From Alphaproteobacteria bacterium (GTDB lineage Bacteria; Pseudomonadota; Alphaproteobacteria; UBA828): a stretch of 64,000 nucleotides of DNA. Shown here one piece after another: positions 36,443 through 45,840 of the stretch. The position numbers and the translations under genes were made by a program. The stretch's first letter is position 1, and each line of letters opens with the position of its first letter. The notes below the pieces were generated by a model. It saw only the letters and a list, made by a program, of their open reading frames with translations. It ran no database searches and was not told where the DNA came from. The stretch is from NCBI GenBank assembly GCA_965221125.1, contig CBDCRW010000001.1:1-64000 (forward strand). Reading direction: 5' to 3'.

Positions 36443-37453
36443 CTACGTCTTGATCCGCGGGTCGATCACGAAATAGGCGAGATCGACCAGCAGGAACACC
36501 AGCAGGGTGAAGACCGCAGCCAGCAGCACGAAGGCCTGCAGCGGTGCATAGTCCGAGCTGATCACCGATTCCACGGCGTACTGTCCGAGCCCGCCCCAGG
36601 CGAACACCGTCTCCACCAGCACCGCGCCGCCGAGCAGGAACCAGAAGACGATGCCGACCACCGTCACCACGGGAGGCAGCGCGTTCCGCACCGCGTAGCG
36701 CAGCTGGATCGAGCGCTTGAAGCCCATGGCCCGCGCATGCTGCACGAAGTCGGAGTTCATCATCTCCTCGACCATGGTGCGCGTGTTCTTGATGATCAGC
36801 GTCATGTAGACGAGGGTCAGCGTCGCCACCGGCAATATCAGGTGTAGCACCGCGGACTTGAACGCCTCCCAGTGGCCGCCGAGCAGCGCATCGAGCGCAA
36901 TGGCGCCGGTGATGCGTGGCGGCGTCGAGACGATGGGATCGAGCTGGCCGATGGGCCCCGGCAGGATGCCGGTCAACGAGAAGAACACGAAGATCAGAAT
37001 CAGCCCGAGCCAGAAGTCGGGGATCGACCCCGCCAGCATGCCGTATCCGAACAGCACCCGATCCGCGATGCCTCGCTTCTTGACCGCCGTGTAGATGCCG
37101 ATGGGGATGCCGAGTGCCACGGAGATGAAGCCCGTGAGAAGGACCAGCTCCAGCGTTGCGGGCAGGCGCTGCTTGATGTCCTCGATCACCGGCTGGGACG
37201 TGCGCCAGGAGTGGCCGAAATCGCCCTGCAGCACGTTCGTCACGTAGCGCGCGTACTGGTCGTAGAGAGGCTGGTCGAGCCCCATGGTGGAGCGCAGCTC
37301 CTCGATGCGCTCCTCGGTTGCGAACTGCCCGGCCATGAGGAAGGCGGGATCGCCCGGCAGCAGCCGGACCAGGAAGAAGACGATGACCGAGACGACGAAC
37401 AGCTGCGGGACGAGAAAGATCAGGCGCCGGCCTGCGTACTTTACGAACCGCAT
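36443..37453 (-). CDS. peptide ABC permease (OppB/DppB-like)
   Basis: LPGDPA, GDFGHS, PATLEL, ARAMG, RNALPP, VETVF. Confidence 0.92.
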   Translation of the reverse strand: MRFVKYAGRRLIFLVPQLFVVSVIVFFLVRLLPGDPAFLMAGQFATEERIEELRSTMGLDQPLYDQYARYVTNVLQGDFGHSWRTSQPVIEDIKQRLPATLELVLLTGFISVALGIPIGIYTAVKKRGIADRVLFGYGMLAGSIPDFWLGLILIFVFFSLTGILPGPIGQLDPIVSTPPRITGAIALDALLGGHWEAFKSAVLHLILPVATLTLVYMTLIIKNTRTMVEEMMNSDFVQHARAMGFKRSIQLRYAVRNALPPVVTVVGIVFWFLLGGAVLVETVFAWGGLGQYAVESVISSDYAPLQAFVLLAAVFTLLVFLLVDLAYFVIDPRIKT

Positions 37454-37485
37454 GTCGTCTCACACGAAGCGGGTGGCGGTTCCGC

Positions 37486-38541
37486 CTACTCCGCAGCCTC
37501 GATCAACGGCTCGATCCGTCTCGACGGGCCGAGGTGCTTGAACTGGCCGAAGTGCTGCGCCGCCAGATGGGTCAGCTCGCCGGTCAGCGTCGTGTATTCG
37601 CCCGCCGGCAGCGCATCCAGCGGGAAGCCCAGGAACGCACCCCAGGAGCGCTCCTGCAGCAGCTGGTCGCCGTACTCCGGCTCCTCGCCACAAGGCCAGC
37701 CGTAGGCGTACCAGAAGACGCCGTCCACCGGGTCGACGATCTCCGCGCTCACCGTGCCCCAGGCGGGCTCCGCGGGATCGAAGGCCGGCTTGTGCAGGGT
37801 GCCGTGGTTGCACACGGAGAAGCCGTGGCCGGCGAGCATCGTGTTCTCGCCGGGGAACTTCTCCTTGTGCTCGTGGTCGCACAGGAAGTCCCGCATGGCG
37901 CCGAGGTCGATCTGGCCGTCGACCGCAGAGATGCGGGCGTTGGCGCTCTCGTAGCGCGAGATGTTGGAGGTGGTCGGCACGTCGAGCCCGTATGCCGCGA
38001 CGCCGTCCGCCGCCTGCATGGAGACCCAGCAGTTGACGTTGACCATGGCACCGCCCGCGCCGCGCGTGCGCCGGTCCGTCACCTCGATGTTGCGGCGCCC
38101 GATCTCGACCTGAGCGAGCTCGCCCGTCCGGTCGGCGATGAGCGCGAGGCCGCCCATGTCGCGGGGCGATTCTTCCAGGATCGCGAGCGCGTCGCCGACG
38201 CTTGTCCCCTCGCGCATCACGCGGCGCCACAGGTCGTGCGGCTTGAGCGCGCCGTCCGGCGGCGTGTTCTCCGGCCGCTCGAAGGCGAGCGCCCAGGTGA
38301 AGCCGAGCCCCTTCTCGTTGAGCCCGCGGGTCGGCGCGCCGCTCACCGAATCCCTGTAGTCGGCGGCCGAGCCGTTCGCCTCCAGAGGCGCGAGATCGGT
38401 GCCGACGAAGGCGTAGCCGCCCGCTTCCCGCTCGACGATCACCCGCGTGCGGATGTCGTAGGGATCGTCGCTCACACTGCCGAAATAGACCTTGCTGCCG
38501 CCCAGCACGCTGGCGCCGGTCGCACCGATGTTCGTGCACAT
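37486..38541 (-). CDS. N-terminal-nucleophile cysteine hydrolase (C45/C59-like amidase or acyltransferase)
   Basis: starts M-C-T; RGLNEKGL motif typical of Ntn-Cys hydrolases; SD GGGGAGG; no signal peptide. Confidence 0.65.
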   Translation of the reverse strand: MCTNIGATGASVLGGSKVYFGSVSDDPYDIRTRVIVEREAGGYAFVGTDLAPLEANGSAADYRDSVSGAPTRGLNEKGLGFTWALAFERPENTPPDGALKPHDLWRRVMREGTSVGDALAILEESPRDMGGLALIADRTGELAQVEIGRRNIEVTDRRTRGAGGAMVNVNCWVSMQAADGVAAYGLDVPTTSNISRYESANARISAVDGQIDLGAMRDFLCDHEHKEKFPGENTMLAGHGFSVCNHGTLHKPAFDPAEPAWGTVSAEIVDPVDGVFWYAYGWPCGEEPEYGDQLLQERSWGAFLGFPLDALPAGEYTTLTGELTHLAAQHFGQFKHLGPSRRIEPLIEAAE

Positions 38542-38564
38542 GTCAAGCCTCCCCGGTTGCGGGC

Positions 38565-38593
38565 GGGCGAGGCGCCACTCTCGCGCCTCGCCC
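38565..38593. other. stem-loop downstream of the substrate-binding protein gene (mRNA stabiliser or attenuator)
   Basis: perfect 11-bp stem GGGCGAGGCGC/GCGCCTCGCCC, 7-nt loop, no U-tract. Confidence 0.5.
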
Positions 38594-38618
38594 CGGTACC
38601 GCTAGTGGGATCGCACCC

Positions 38619-40226
38619 TCAACGGTTGATGTACATGAAGCGGATCTGGTTGTCCGGCGTCCACAGGAAGCCCTTCAGATCCTTCTTGGCCGCGATGGTC
38701 CAATCGAACCACGCGACCTGGATCCAGGGCACCTCCTCGGCCGCGATCTGCTGCAGCTCGCTCGTGATGGCCTCGCGCTCGGGCGAATCCATCATCCGCA
38801 TGACCTGCTCGAGCAGATCGTTGTAGTGCGGGTTGTTGTAGTTAGTGGCGTTGATGAAGTTGTCCGGCCCGTTGCCGAGATAGACCCAGCTCGAGTAGCC
38901 CGGATCGCCGCTCCAAGGCCATTGCTCGTTCACGGCGAAGGCCTGCAGCGCCTTCTTGCCGTACTGCTGCTCGGTGAAGACCGCCACGGGCATGGCCTGC
39001 AGCGCGACGTTGACGCCGATCTGCTCCCAGCTGCTCTTGACCAGGATCGCCATCTCCTCGGCCTCCTTCTGGGAGGCGTTGTAGCTGAGCTTGACGTCGA
39101 AGCCGTCCGGGAAGCCCGCCTCGGCCAGCAGCGCCTTGGCCTTTTCGAGGTCGTACTCGTAGTTGTAGGTGACCTCGAAGCCGGCGTAGATGTCCGGCAC
39201 CGTGCTGCGCATGCGCCGGGCGTTGCCGTAATAGACCTTCTCGATGATGTCCTCGTACGGCGTGGCCCAGGCCATGGCCTGGCGCACCTTGACGTTGTCG
39301 AATGGCGGCTTGTCGACGCCGAGCCCGACGTAGAGCTGCTTGTTGGCCGCGGCGCGCACCACTTGCAGGTTCTCGTCGCCTTCGACCTGCTGCAGCTCAC
39401 GCTCGTTCAGGCCCCAGGCGATGTCGATCTGTCCCGCCTTTAGCAGCGCGAGCCGCGCGCTCGATTCCGGCACGGCCTTGAGGATCACGCGATCGAAGTG
39501 AGGCTTGTGGCCGGTCCAGTTCGGATTGGTCACGAGCACCGTCTCGACGCCCGGCACCACCTTCTCGACGTGATAGGGGCCGAAGCCGGCCGAGTGCGTC
39601 CGGGACCATTCCAGTGCCCACGGATCCTCCTCGGTGGCGTTCGCCTTCATCTCCGTCGAATCGAAGGGGCCGCCGTAGTAGTTCTGCGCGAGGATCTTGA
39701 AGAAGATCGGCGTCGTGCCGCGCAGGTTGACCCGCACCTTGTGCGTATCCAGGATCTCGATGCTTTCCGCACCGTTGATGCCGATGACGTCGCCGATGAA
39801 CTTGCCGACGCCCTTGACCGCGAAGCGCCGCGCCCAGGCCCACTTGTAGTCTTCGGCCGTGAACTCGTTGCCGGCGTAGCTCTTCATTCCCTTCTTGAGA
39901 TTGATCGTGACGCTCGTGCCGTCCTCGCTCGTCTCCCAGGATTCGGCAACGAGGCCGACCACGCCGCGATCGTCGGTGGACCTCAGATCGACCGTGTCCG
40001 CCGACTTGTCGGGCTGTTCGATGATCTTGTAGAGGAACAGATCGCCGCCGTGGATGTTGGCCATCATCATCTCGCCTTCGGCGCTGAGCGCCTGATCGCC
40101 GTCGAGCGAGGCGGGCGTGTTGGCGATCGCCATGACGAGTGTTTCGGCCTTCGCCACGCCGGCCGCGAAGGTCACGGCGACGGCGGCGGCAAGGCCGAAC
40201 TTTGCCAAGCGCGTGAAGCTGAGCAT
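38619..40226 (-). CDS. family 5 (OppA/DppA-like) ABC substrate-binding protein
   Basis: Sec signal ending AKA; AESWETSEDG, GFGPY, PFDNVKVRQAM, YDLEKAKALLAEAG. Confidence 0.92.
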   Translation of the reverse strand: MLSFTRLAKFGLAAAVAVTFAAGVAKAETLVMAIANTPASLDGDQALSAEGEMMMANIHGGDLFLYKIIEQPDKSADTVDLRSTDDRGVVGLVAESWETSEDGTSVTINLKKGMKSYAGNEFTAEDYKWAWARRFAVKGVGKFIGDVIGINGAESIEILDTHKVRVNLRGTTPIFFKILAQNYYGGPFDSTEMKANATEEDPWALEWSRTHSAGFGPYHVEKVVPGVETVLVTNPNWTGHKPHFDRVILKAVPESSARLALLKAGQIDIAWGLNERELQQVEGDENLQVVRAAANKQLYVGLGVDKPPFDNVKVRQAMAWATPYEDIIEKVYYGNARRMRSTVPDIYAGFEVTYNYEYDLEKAKALLAEAGFPDGFDVKLSYNASQKEAEEMAILVKSSWEQIGVNVALQAMPVAVFTEQQYGKKALQAFAVNEQWPWSGDPGYSSWVYLGNGPDNFINATNYNNPHYNDLLEQVMRMMDSPEREAITSELQQIAAEEVPWIQVAWFDWTIAAKKDLKGFLWTPDNQIRFMYINR

Positions 40227-40383
40227 GAGATCCCCCCTGCGTTTCTCGTTGCGGGCGCTCTCGCCAGGGAGCGTTCGCGACCCTGGCCCTCCGCGTGCGC
40301 TAAAGCCTAAGCGCCGGTCAAACGACGAGGTCCCGCTGCGGACTTTGCCGCCTGGCCTGCTCCGGCCCCGGCGCGGGGAGGGA

Positions 40384-40400
40384 CGGCACCCTGCGTGCCA
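40384..40400. promoter_or_regulatory. possible sigma54 -24/-12 site, palindromic
   Basis: minus strand TGGCACGCAGGGTGCC; GGCAC-N5-GTGCC gives GG-N10-GC on both strands. Confidence 0.3.
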
Positions 40401-40469
40401 TCGTGAGGGAGCGCGAAGCGGCTGGCAACGGTAAAGTGGCCGGACCGGAACGACAGCGTGGAGGGCACC

Positions 40470-41141
40470 ATGCCCGAGCTCCTGCCGCCGCAACTGGTCG
40501 TCAACTGCCGCATGATGTTCCTGAGCTACCTGCCGGCGGAGCCCGCGGCCATCGACGCGGCGCTGCCTGCCGATCTCGGCCTCACGCCCGTGGAGAGCCG
40601 CGCCGCCGTCCTCGTCCACTACGTGGTTGACCGGGACGAGCAGACTTCCGGCTTCGGCGCGTACTCGCTCAGCTACATCTGTTTCGACGTCGTCGGCCAC
40701 GACGCCGACGCGGAGACGCCGGGGCGCTGGTTCAGCCACTACTTCATCTCCTCGCCCCGCGTGCGCGACTACGCCATCGAGCGCGGCATCCCGGCGAGCG
40801 ACGGCGTGACGACACTGGAGTTCGAGGGCAACACCCTGGTCGCGACGGCCACGGTCGACGGGCGGCCGTTGATCCGCTCCCGCGCGCGGACGACCGGCGA
40901 GGTCGGCGAGATCACCGGCGGTCAACTGATGGTGCTGTCGGCGCTCGACGGGCGGGTGATGCGCAACCGCCATGCGGTCATCATGGAGCGCGCCAGGGAG
41001 TTCGAGATGCAATCAATCTCGTTCCTCGACCCGGATCACCCGATCCACCCCTTCCGCCCCAGGGAGCCACTGGAGCTGGTCTTCGGCTTCCACGCGCCGC
41101 GCGCGTCGTTCTGCTACCCCGGCGGCATCGAGGCCGGCTAG
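40470..41141 (+). CDS. acetoacetate decarboxylase-fold protein (no lysine)
   Basis: YLPAEPAAIDAALPADL, GFGAYS, ERGIP patterns resemble the ADC superfamily; SD GGAGGG. Confidence 0.5.
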   Translation: MPELLPPQLVVNCRMMFLSYLPAEPAAIDAALPADLGLTPVESRAAVLVHYVVDRDEQTSGFGAYSLSYICFDVVGHDADAETPGRWFSHYFISSPRVRDYAIERGIPASDGVTTLEFEGNTLVATATVDGRPLIRSRARTTGEVGEITGGQLMVLSALDGRVMRNRHAVIMERAREFEMQSISFLDPDHPIHPFRPREPLELVFGFHAPRASFCYPGGIEAG

Positions 41142-41185
41142 CCGGATCGGATTCGTGTCAAGGGTCCGGCACAGGAGGCCATGCC

Positions 41186-42002
41186 ATGCCGATGCTGGAA
41201 CGCCCCGAGGGGGCCATCCACTACGACGTCTGCGACATCGTGCCGCCTTGGGTGGAGCCGCGCGAGACCATCCTGTTTCTCCACGGCCTCGCCATCGATT
41301 CCGACATCTGGGTCACCTGGCTGCCTGCCCTGGTTGACCGCTACCGGATCGTCCGCATGGGACCTGCGCGGCTTCGGCCGCTCGTTCGTCCCGGCGGCGG
41401 GCGAGGCCTGGACGATGGAGGCGCTGGCCGGCGACGTTCGCGACGTGCTCGCCGCGCTGGACACCGAGCGGGTGCACTTCGTCGGCGAATCGACGGGCGG
41501 CACGGTCGGCCTGCAGCTTGCAGCGCACCATCCGGAGAGCCTGCTGACACTCACCATGGTCACGGCGGCGCACCGGGGCGGCACCATCGGCAGATCGCGG
41601 GCGCTGAGAGACGACGTGGGCGCGCTGGGGATGGACGCGTGGTCGGCGAAGCTCATGCCGCTCCGCTTTCCCGCTGGCTGCCTGAGCCCCGCCATGGAGC
41701 GCTGGTTCCACGACACGCAGCGCGCCGCCGCGCCTCACGCCTGCGTCGATCTCGTGGACATGCTGGTGCAGGTCGACCTCACCGATGCGCTCGGCGACAT
41801 CCACGTGCCGACCCTCCTCATCGCGCCCGACGACAGCCCCTTCGTCTCGCTGGAGGCGCAGGTCGAGCGGCTACGCGCCATGCCCGACTGCGAGATGCAC
41901 GTCGTCGCCGGCGCCCGCCACGGCGTCGCGCATTCGCACGGGCCGGAATGCGCCGCCGCTCTCAGACGGTTCCTCGAGCGGCGGCGCCCGTTGCCCGATT
42001 AG
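41186..42002 (+). pseudogene. alpha/beta hydrolase (enol-lactonase-like) split by a +1 frameshift
   Basis: FLHGL..W in the 41186 frame; DLRGFGRS, GESTGG, GARH in the 41181 frame; extra G in ATGGGAC at 41357-41363 (may be a sequencing error). Confidence 0.75.
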
Positions 42003-42712
42003 CCCGTCGGCCGGGCGCCGAAGATCGCCGTGCCGATGCGGACGTGGGTGGCGCTGAGCGCGATCGCGGCCCGGTAATCCGCCGACATGCCCATGCTGAG
42101 GCAGTCGAGCCCGTGGCGCGCTGCAAGCTCCCGCACCAGCGAAAAATGCGGGGCGGGCTCCTCGGCCGCCGGCGGAATGCACATGAGCCCGACCACGGGC
42201 AGCCCCAGATCGTCCCTGCAGTGCGCGACCAGCGCATCCAGGTCTTCGGGCAGCACGCCGGCTTTTTGGGGCTCGGCGCCGGTATTGACCTGGATGAAGC
42301 AATCCGGGCGGCGCCCCTGACGCTCCATCTCGCGCACGAGCGCGTCCGCCAGCTTGGGCCGGTCGATCGCGTGGATGGCGTCGGCGATCGCCACGGCATC
42401 GCGGACCTTGTTGGTTTGCAGCGCGCCGATGTAATGGAGAGCCGCGCCGGGCCAGTCGCTGCGGAGCGCGAGCCACTTCTCTGTCGCCTCCTGCACCCTG
42501 TTCTCGCCGAAGGCGGCGTGACCGGCGGCGAGCGCAGGCAGGATCCGGCTTGCGGGGTGTCCCTTGCAGACCGCGATCAGCGTAATCTCGGCCGCGTCGC
42601 GACCCGCGTCACGCGCGGCTTCCTGGACCTCGGCCGCGACGGCGGCGAGATTGGCGGCGACATCGACGGCGGGTTGGCCGTCCGTGCAAGGGGCAGAGGC
42701 AGTGTTCGCCAT
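41999..42712 (-). CDS. yggS: pyridoxal phosphate homeostasis protein (YggS/PLPBP)
   Basis: LIAVCK, FGENRVQE, HYIGALQTNK, GLMCIPP, LSMGMSADY, RIGTAIFG. Confidence 0.93.
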   Translation of the reverse strand: MANTASAPCTDGQPAVDVAANLAAVAAEVQEAARDAGRDAAEITLIAVCKGHPASRILPALAAGHAAFGENRVQEATEKWLALRSDWPGAALHYIGALQTNKVRDAVAIADAIHAIDRPKLADALVREMERQGRRPDCFIQVNTGAEPQKAGVLPEDLDALVAHCRDDLGLPVVGLMCIPPAAEEPAPHFSLVRELAARHGLDCLSMGMSADYRAAIALSATHVRIGTAIFGARPTG

Positions 42713-42734
42713 GGGAACCTGAGCAGAGCGAGCG

Positions 42735-43355
42735 ATGGGAACGCTAGCAGAGGCGGCGACGCGCCTCAAACAGGCAGCCGGCAGCGCCTTGCCTGCGCTC
42801 GTGCTCATGACGGACGAAGCGCGCCTCGCCGATCCGCTGCCTGCGGCCCGCGCGCTGCCGCCGGGGAGCGCCGTCATCCTGCGCCACTACGGCGCGGCAG
42901 AGCGCGCGTCGCTCGCCCGCAGCCTCGCCGCCATCGCGCGCCGGCGGGGCCTCGTCCTTCTGGTGGGCGAAGACCCCGCGCTCGCGCGGCGCGTCGGCGC
43001 TCACGGGATCCATCTGCCGGAGCGCGCCATCGGGCGCGCCGGCACCGTCCGCTGGCAGCGGGACTGGCGGATCACCGCCGCCGCCCATTCCCCCGCGGCG
43101 CTGCGCCTGGCCGCGGCCGCCGGCGCCGATGCGGCTCTGCTCTCTCCGGTCTTCGCCACGGCGAGCCACCCGCGCGCACGCGCCCTCGGCCCGCACCGCT
43201 TCGCGGCGCTCGTGCGGCACGCGCCGATTCCGGTCTACGCCCTCGGCGGCATCGACCGCGGCCGCGCGCACCTTTTGCGGGGGAGCGGCGTCGTGGGGAT
43301 CGCCGGAATCGGCGGGCTTATCCCAGAGGGCCCGCCCCGCCTTCCAGAGGGATGA
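42735..43355 (+). CDS. thiamine phosphate synthase/TenI-like protein
   Basis: GIHLPE, TAAAHS, LSPVFATASHP, VYALGGI. Confidence 0.8.
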   Translation: MGTLAEAATRLKQAAGSALPALVLMTDEARLADPLPAARALPPGSAVILRHYGAAERASLARSLAAIARRRGLVLLVGEDPALARRVGAHGIHLPERAIGRAGTVRWQRDWRITAAAHSPAALRLAAAAGADAALLSPVFATASHPRARALGPHRFAALVRHAPIPVYALGGIDRGRAHLLRGSGVVGIAGIGGLIPEGPPRLPEG

Positions 43356-44538
43356 TCTCCACCTCCGCCCCGCGGGCCGCCGCCGGCGCGTGGGGCGGGC
43401 GGACGACGAGGCACTGCGCCTTCACGAGCAGCGACAGCATCGAGCTGTCCTGCTTGGCGAACGGCGTCGCGATCAGCGTGCCGTTCTCGTCGCGGCCGAG
43501 CGTCGCGCGCAGATAATCCTGCCGCTCGTCGTTCTCGCCCACGTCGGCACCGAGGCTCGCCCGCTGCGCGAGCGGCCGGGCGTCTTCGTCCGCGCCGAGC
43601 ATCCGCGCCATCGCGGGCCTGAGAAAGACCAGCGCGCAGACCAGCGACGAAACCGGGTTGCCGGGCAGGCCCAGCAGCCGGGTGCCGCCGACGCTGCCGA
43701 ACATGAGCGGCTTGCCGGGCCGCATGGCGATCTTCCAGAAATCGAGGGCAAGCCCTTCGTCCTTGAGCGCGTCCCGAATCAGGTCGTGCTCGCCCACCGA
43801 GGCGCCGCCGGTGGTGACCAGCAGGTCCGCGCCGTCCGCGCCGGCGGCGTGGCGCACGAGAGACTCCGGGTCGTCGCGGGCGATGCCGAGGTCGATCGCC
43901 TCGCCGCCGCACCCTTCCACCACCGCCCGGAGCGCATGCGTGTTCGAGCTCACGATCTGGCTCTCGCCCAGCGGCTCGCCCGGCATCACGATCTCGTCGC
44001 CCGTGGCAAGCAGCGCGATACGTGGCCTGCGCCTCACCGTGAGCCACGGCTGGTTCATCGCCGCTGCGAGACCGATGGCGCGCGCATCCAGGCGCCTTCC
44101 CGCCGGGACGCCCACCTCGCCTGCGCGAAAGTCGAGGCCGGCGGGGCGGATGTAGCGGCCGGCGCGTGCGCCCGCGCATACGGTGATCGCCTCGCCGTTG
44201 GCGCTCACGTTTTCCTGAATGACGATGGTATCGGCGCCCTCCGGCACCGGCGCGCCGGTGAAGATGCGCACCGTCTCGCCGGGGCCGACCGTGCCCTCAA
44301 AGCGTGCGCCGGCCGGCACGCTGCCGATCTGGCGCAAGGTGACGGGCACCGCCGCCACGTCGGCAGCCCGCGCCGCGTAGCCGTCCATGGCCGAAACGTC
44401 GAAGGGCGGCTGCGTCAGGCGAGCCACGACATCCGCCGCCAGCACGCGGCCGTGCGCCGCAGCGAGCGGCACGGTCTCCGCCGGCAGCGGCGAGAAGGCG
44501 GCGGTGATGCGGGTCACCGCGTCTGCGACCGGAATCAT
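43318..44538 (-). CDS. moeA: molybdopterin molybdenumtransferase
   Basis: SAMDGYA, RIFTGAPVPEGAD, TGDE, TTGGASVG, PGKP, LPGNPVS. Confidence 0.95.
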   Translation of the reverse strand: MIPVADAVTRITAAFSPLPAETVPLAAAHGRVLAADVVARLTQPPFDVSAMDGYAARAADVAAVPVTLRQIGSVPAGARFEGTVGPGETVRIFTGAPVPEGADTIVIQENVSANGEAITVCAGARAGRYIRPAGLDFRAGEVGVPAGRRLDARAIGLAAAMNQPWLTVRRRPRIALLATGDEIVMPGEPLGESQIVSSNTHALRAVVEGCGGEAIDLGIARDDPESLVRHAAGADGADLLVTTGGASVGEHDLIRDALKDEGLALDFWKIAMRPGKPLMFGSVGGTRLLGLPGNPVSSLVCALVFLRPAMARMLGADEDARPLAQRASLGADVGENDERQDYLRATLGRDENGTLIATPFAKQDSSMLSLLVKAQCLVVRPPHAPAAARGAEVEIIPLEGGAGPLG

Positions 44539-44541
44539 CGC

Positions 44542-45018
44542 TCAGGGCGCCTGGAATTCGCCCGACTTGCCGCCCGCCTTGTGGGTGAGCCGCACGTCGG
44601 TGATGCGCATGCCGCGATCGGCCGCCTTGCACATGTCGTAGACGGTGAGCGCCGCCACGCTCGCTGCGGTCAGCGCCTCCATCTCGACCCCGGTGCGCCC
44701 CGTGAGGCGGCAGCTCGCTTCGATGTCGACGGCGCCTTCTGCCTCGTCGCAGGCGAGCGTCACGTCGATCGCCGTCAGCGCCAGCGGATGGCAGAGCGGA
44801 ATCAGGTCGGCGGTGCGCTTGGCCGCCATGACGCCGGCAAGCCGGGCGACGCCGAGCACATCGCCCTTCGCGACGCCCCCTTGCTGGATCAGGCGCGCGG
44901 TCTCGGGCTTCATCAGCACGCGCGCCCGCGCCGTCGCCCGGCGCTCGGTAGACTCTTTCTCCGTCACGTCCACCATGCGCGCCTTGCCCTCGGCGTCGAC
45001 GTGGGTGAGCCGCGCCAC
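44542..45018 (-). CDS. moaC: cyclic pyranopterin monophosphate synthase
   Basis: [31 protein letters not shown]. Confidence 0.96.
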   Translation of the reverse strand: MARLTHVDAEGKARMVDVTEKESTERRATARARVLMKPETARLIQQGGVAKGDVLGVARLAGVMAAKRTADLIPLCHPLALTAIDVTLACDEAEGAVDIEASCRLTGRTGVEMEALTAASVAALTVYDMCKAADRGMRITDVRLTHKAGGKSGEFQAP

Positions 45019-45021
45019 CGC

Positions 45022-45840
45022 TCAGCCCTCCGCCGCCCGGGCGGCAGGCACGGGCGCGAGCAGCGCCGCCGTCGCCGCCGCGACATCCGGCTGACGCATC
45101 AGGGATTCGCCGACCAGGAAGCGGTGCACGCCGCGCGCCGTCATGCGGGCGATGTCTCCGGGGCCGTGCAGGCCGCTCTCGCAGACGATGGGCGGGCCGC
45201 CCGCCGCCAGCGGCGCCAGGCGCTCGGTGGTCGCGAGATCGACCTCGAGGGTCTTCAGGTTGCGGTTGTTGATGCCGAGCAGCGACGCATCGAGGCGCAG
45301 CGCCCGCTTGAGCTCGGGCTCGTCGTGGACCTCCACCAGGGTGTCCATGCCGAGCGCCCCCGCGGCCGCCGCAAGCTCGGCGGCCTGGTCGTCCTCCAGC
45401 GCCGCCATGATGAGCAGGATGCAGTCGGCTCCCAGCGCGCGCGCCTCCGTCACCTGGTAGGGGTCGAGCATGAAGTCCTTGCGCAGCACGGGGAGCCCTA
45501 CCGCCTCCCGCGCTTCCACGAGGTAGCGGTCCTCGCCCTGGAAGTAGGGCTTGTCAGTCAGCACGGAGAGACACGCCGCACCGCCGGCGGCGTAGGCGGC
45601 AGCCAGCGCCGCCGGCTCGAAGTCGGCGCGGATCAGGCCCTTGCTGGGCGAGGCCTTCTTGAGTTCGGCGATGAGCGCGGGCCGGCCGCTGCCGGCGATT
45701 TTGTCGAGCGCCGCGGCGAAGCCGCGCGGCGCCTCGGCCGCCTGCGCCCGCTCCGCCAGCGCTGCCTGCGAGACGGCTCTCTTGCGCTCGGCGACGTGAT
45801 GCCGCTTGTCGTCGCAGATCCTGGCGAGGACGTCGCTCAT
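45022..45840 (-). CDS. trpC: indole-3-glycerol phosphate synthase
   Basis: [33 protein letters not shown]. Confidence 0.96.
   Translation of the reverse strand: MSDVLARICDDKRHHVAERKRAVSQAALAERAQAAEAPRGFAAALDKIAGSGRPALIAELKKASPSKGLIRADFEPAALAAAYAAGGAACLSVLTDKPYFQGEDRYLVEAREAVGLPVLRKDFMLDPYQVTEARALGADCILLIMAALEDDQAAELAAAAGALGMDTLVEVHDEPELKRALRLDASLLGINNRNLKTLEVDLATTERLAPLAAGGPPIVCESGLHGPGDIARMTARGVHRFLVGESLMRQPDVAAATAALLAPVPAARAAEG

Noticed and set aside
42712-43355. Very short divergent gap (22 bp) between yggS and the thiE-like gene, and 38-bp 3' overlap with moeA
   Set aside because: Compact arrangements like this are common and the start positions are uncertain.
41186-43516. 776-aa ORF as a real protein
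   Set aside because: Only the first 58 or so codons are hydrolase-like; the rest is frameshift read-through over yggS and the thiE-like gene.
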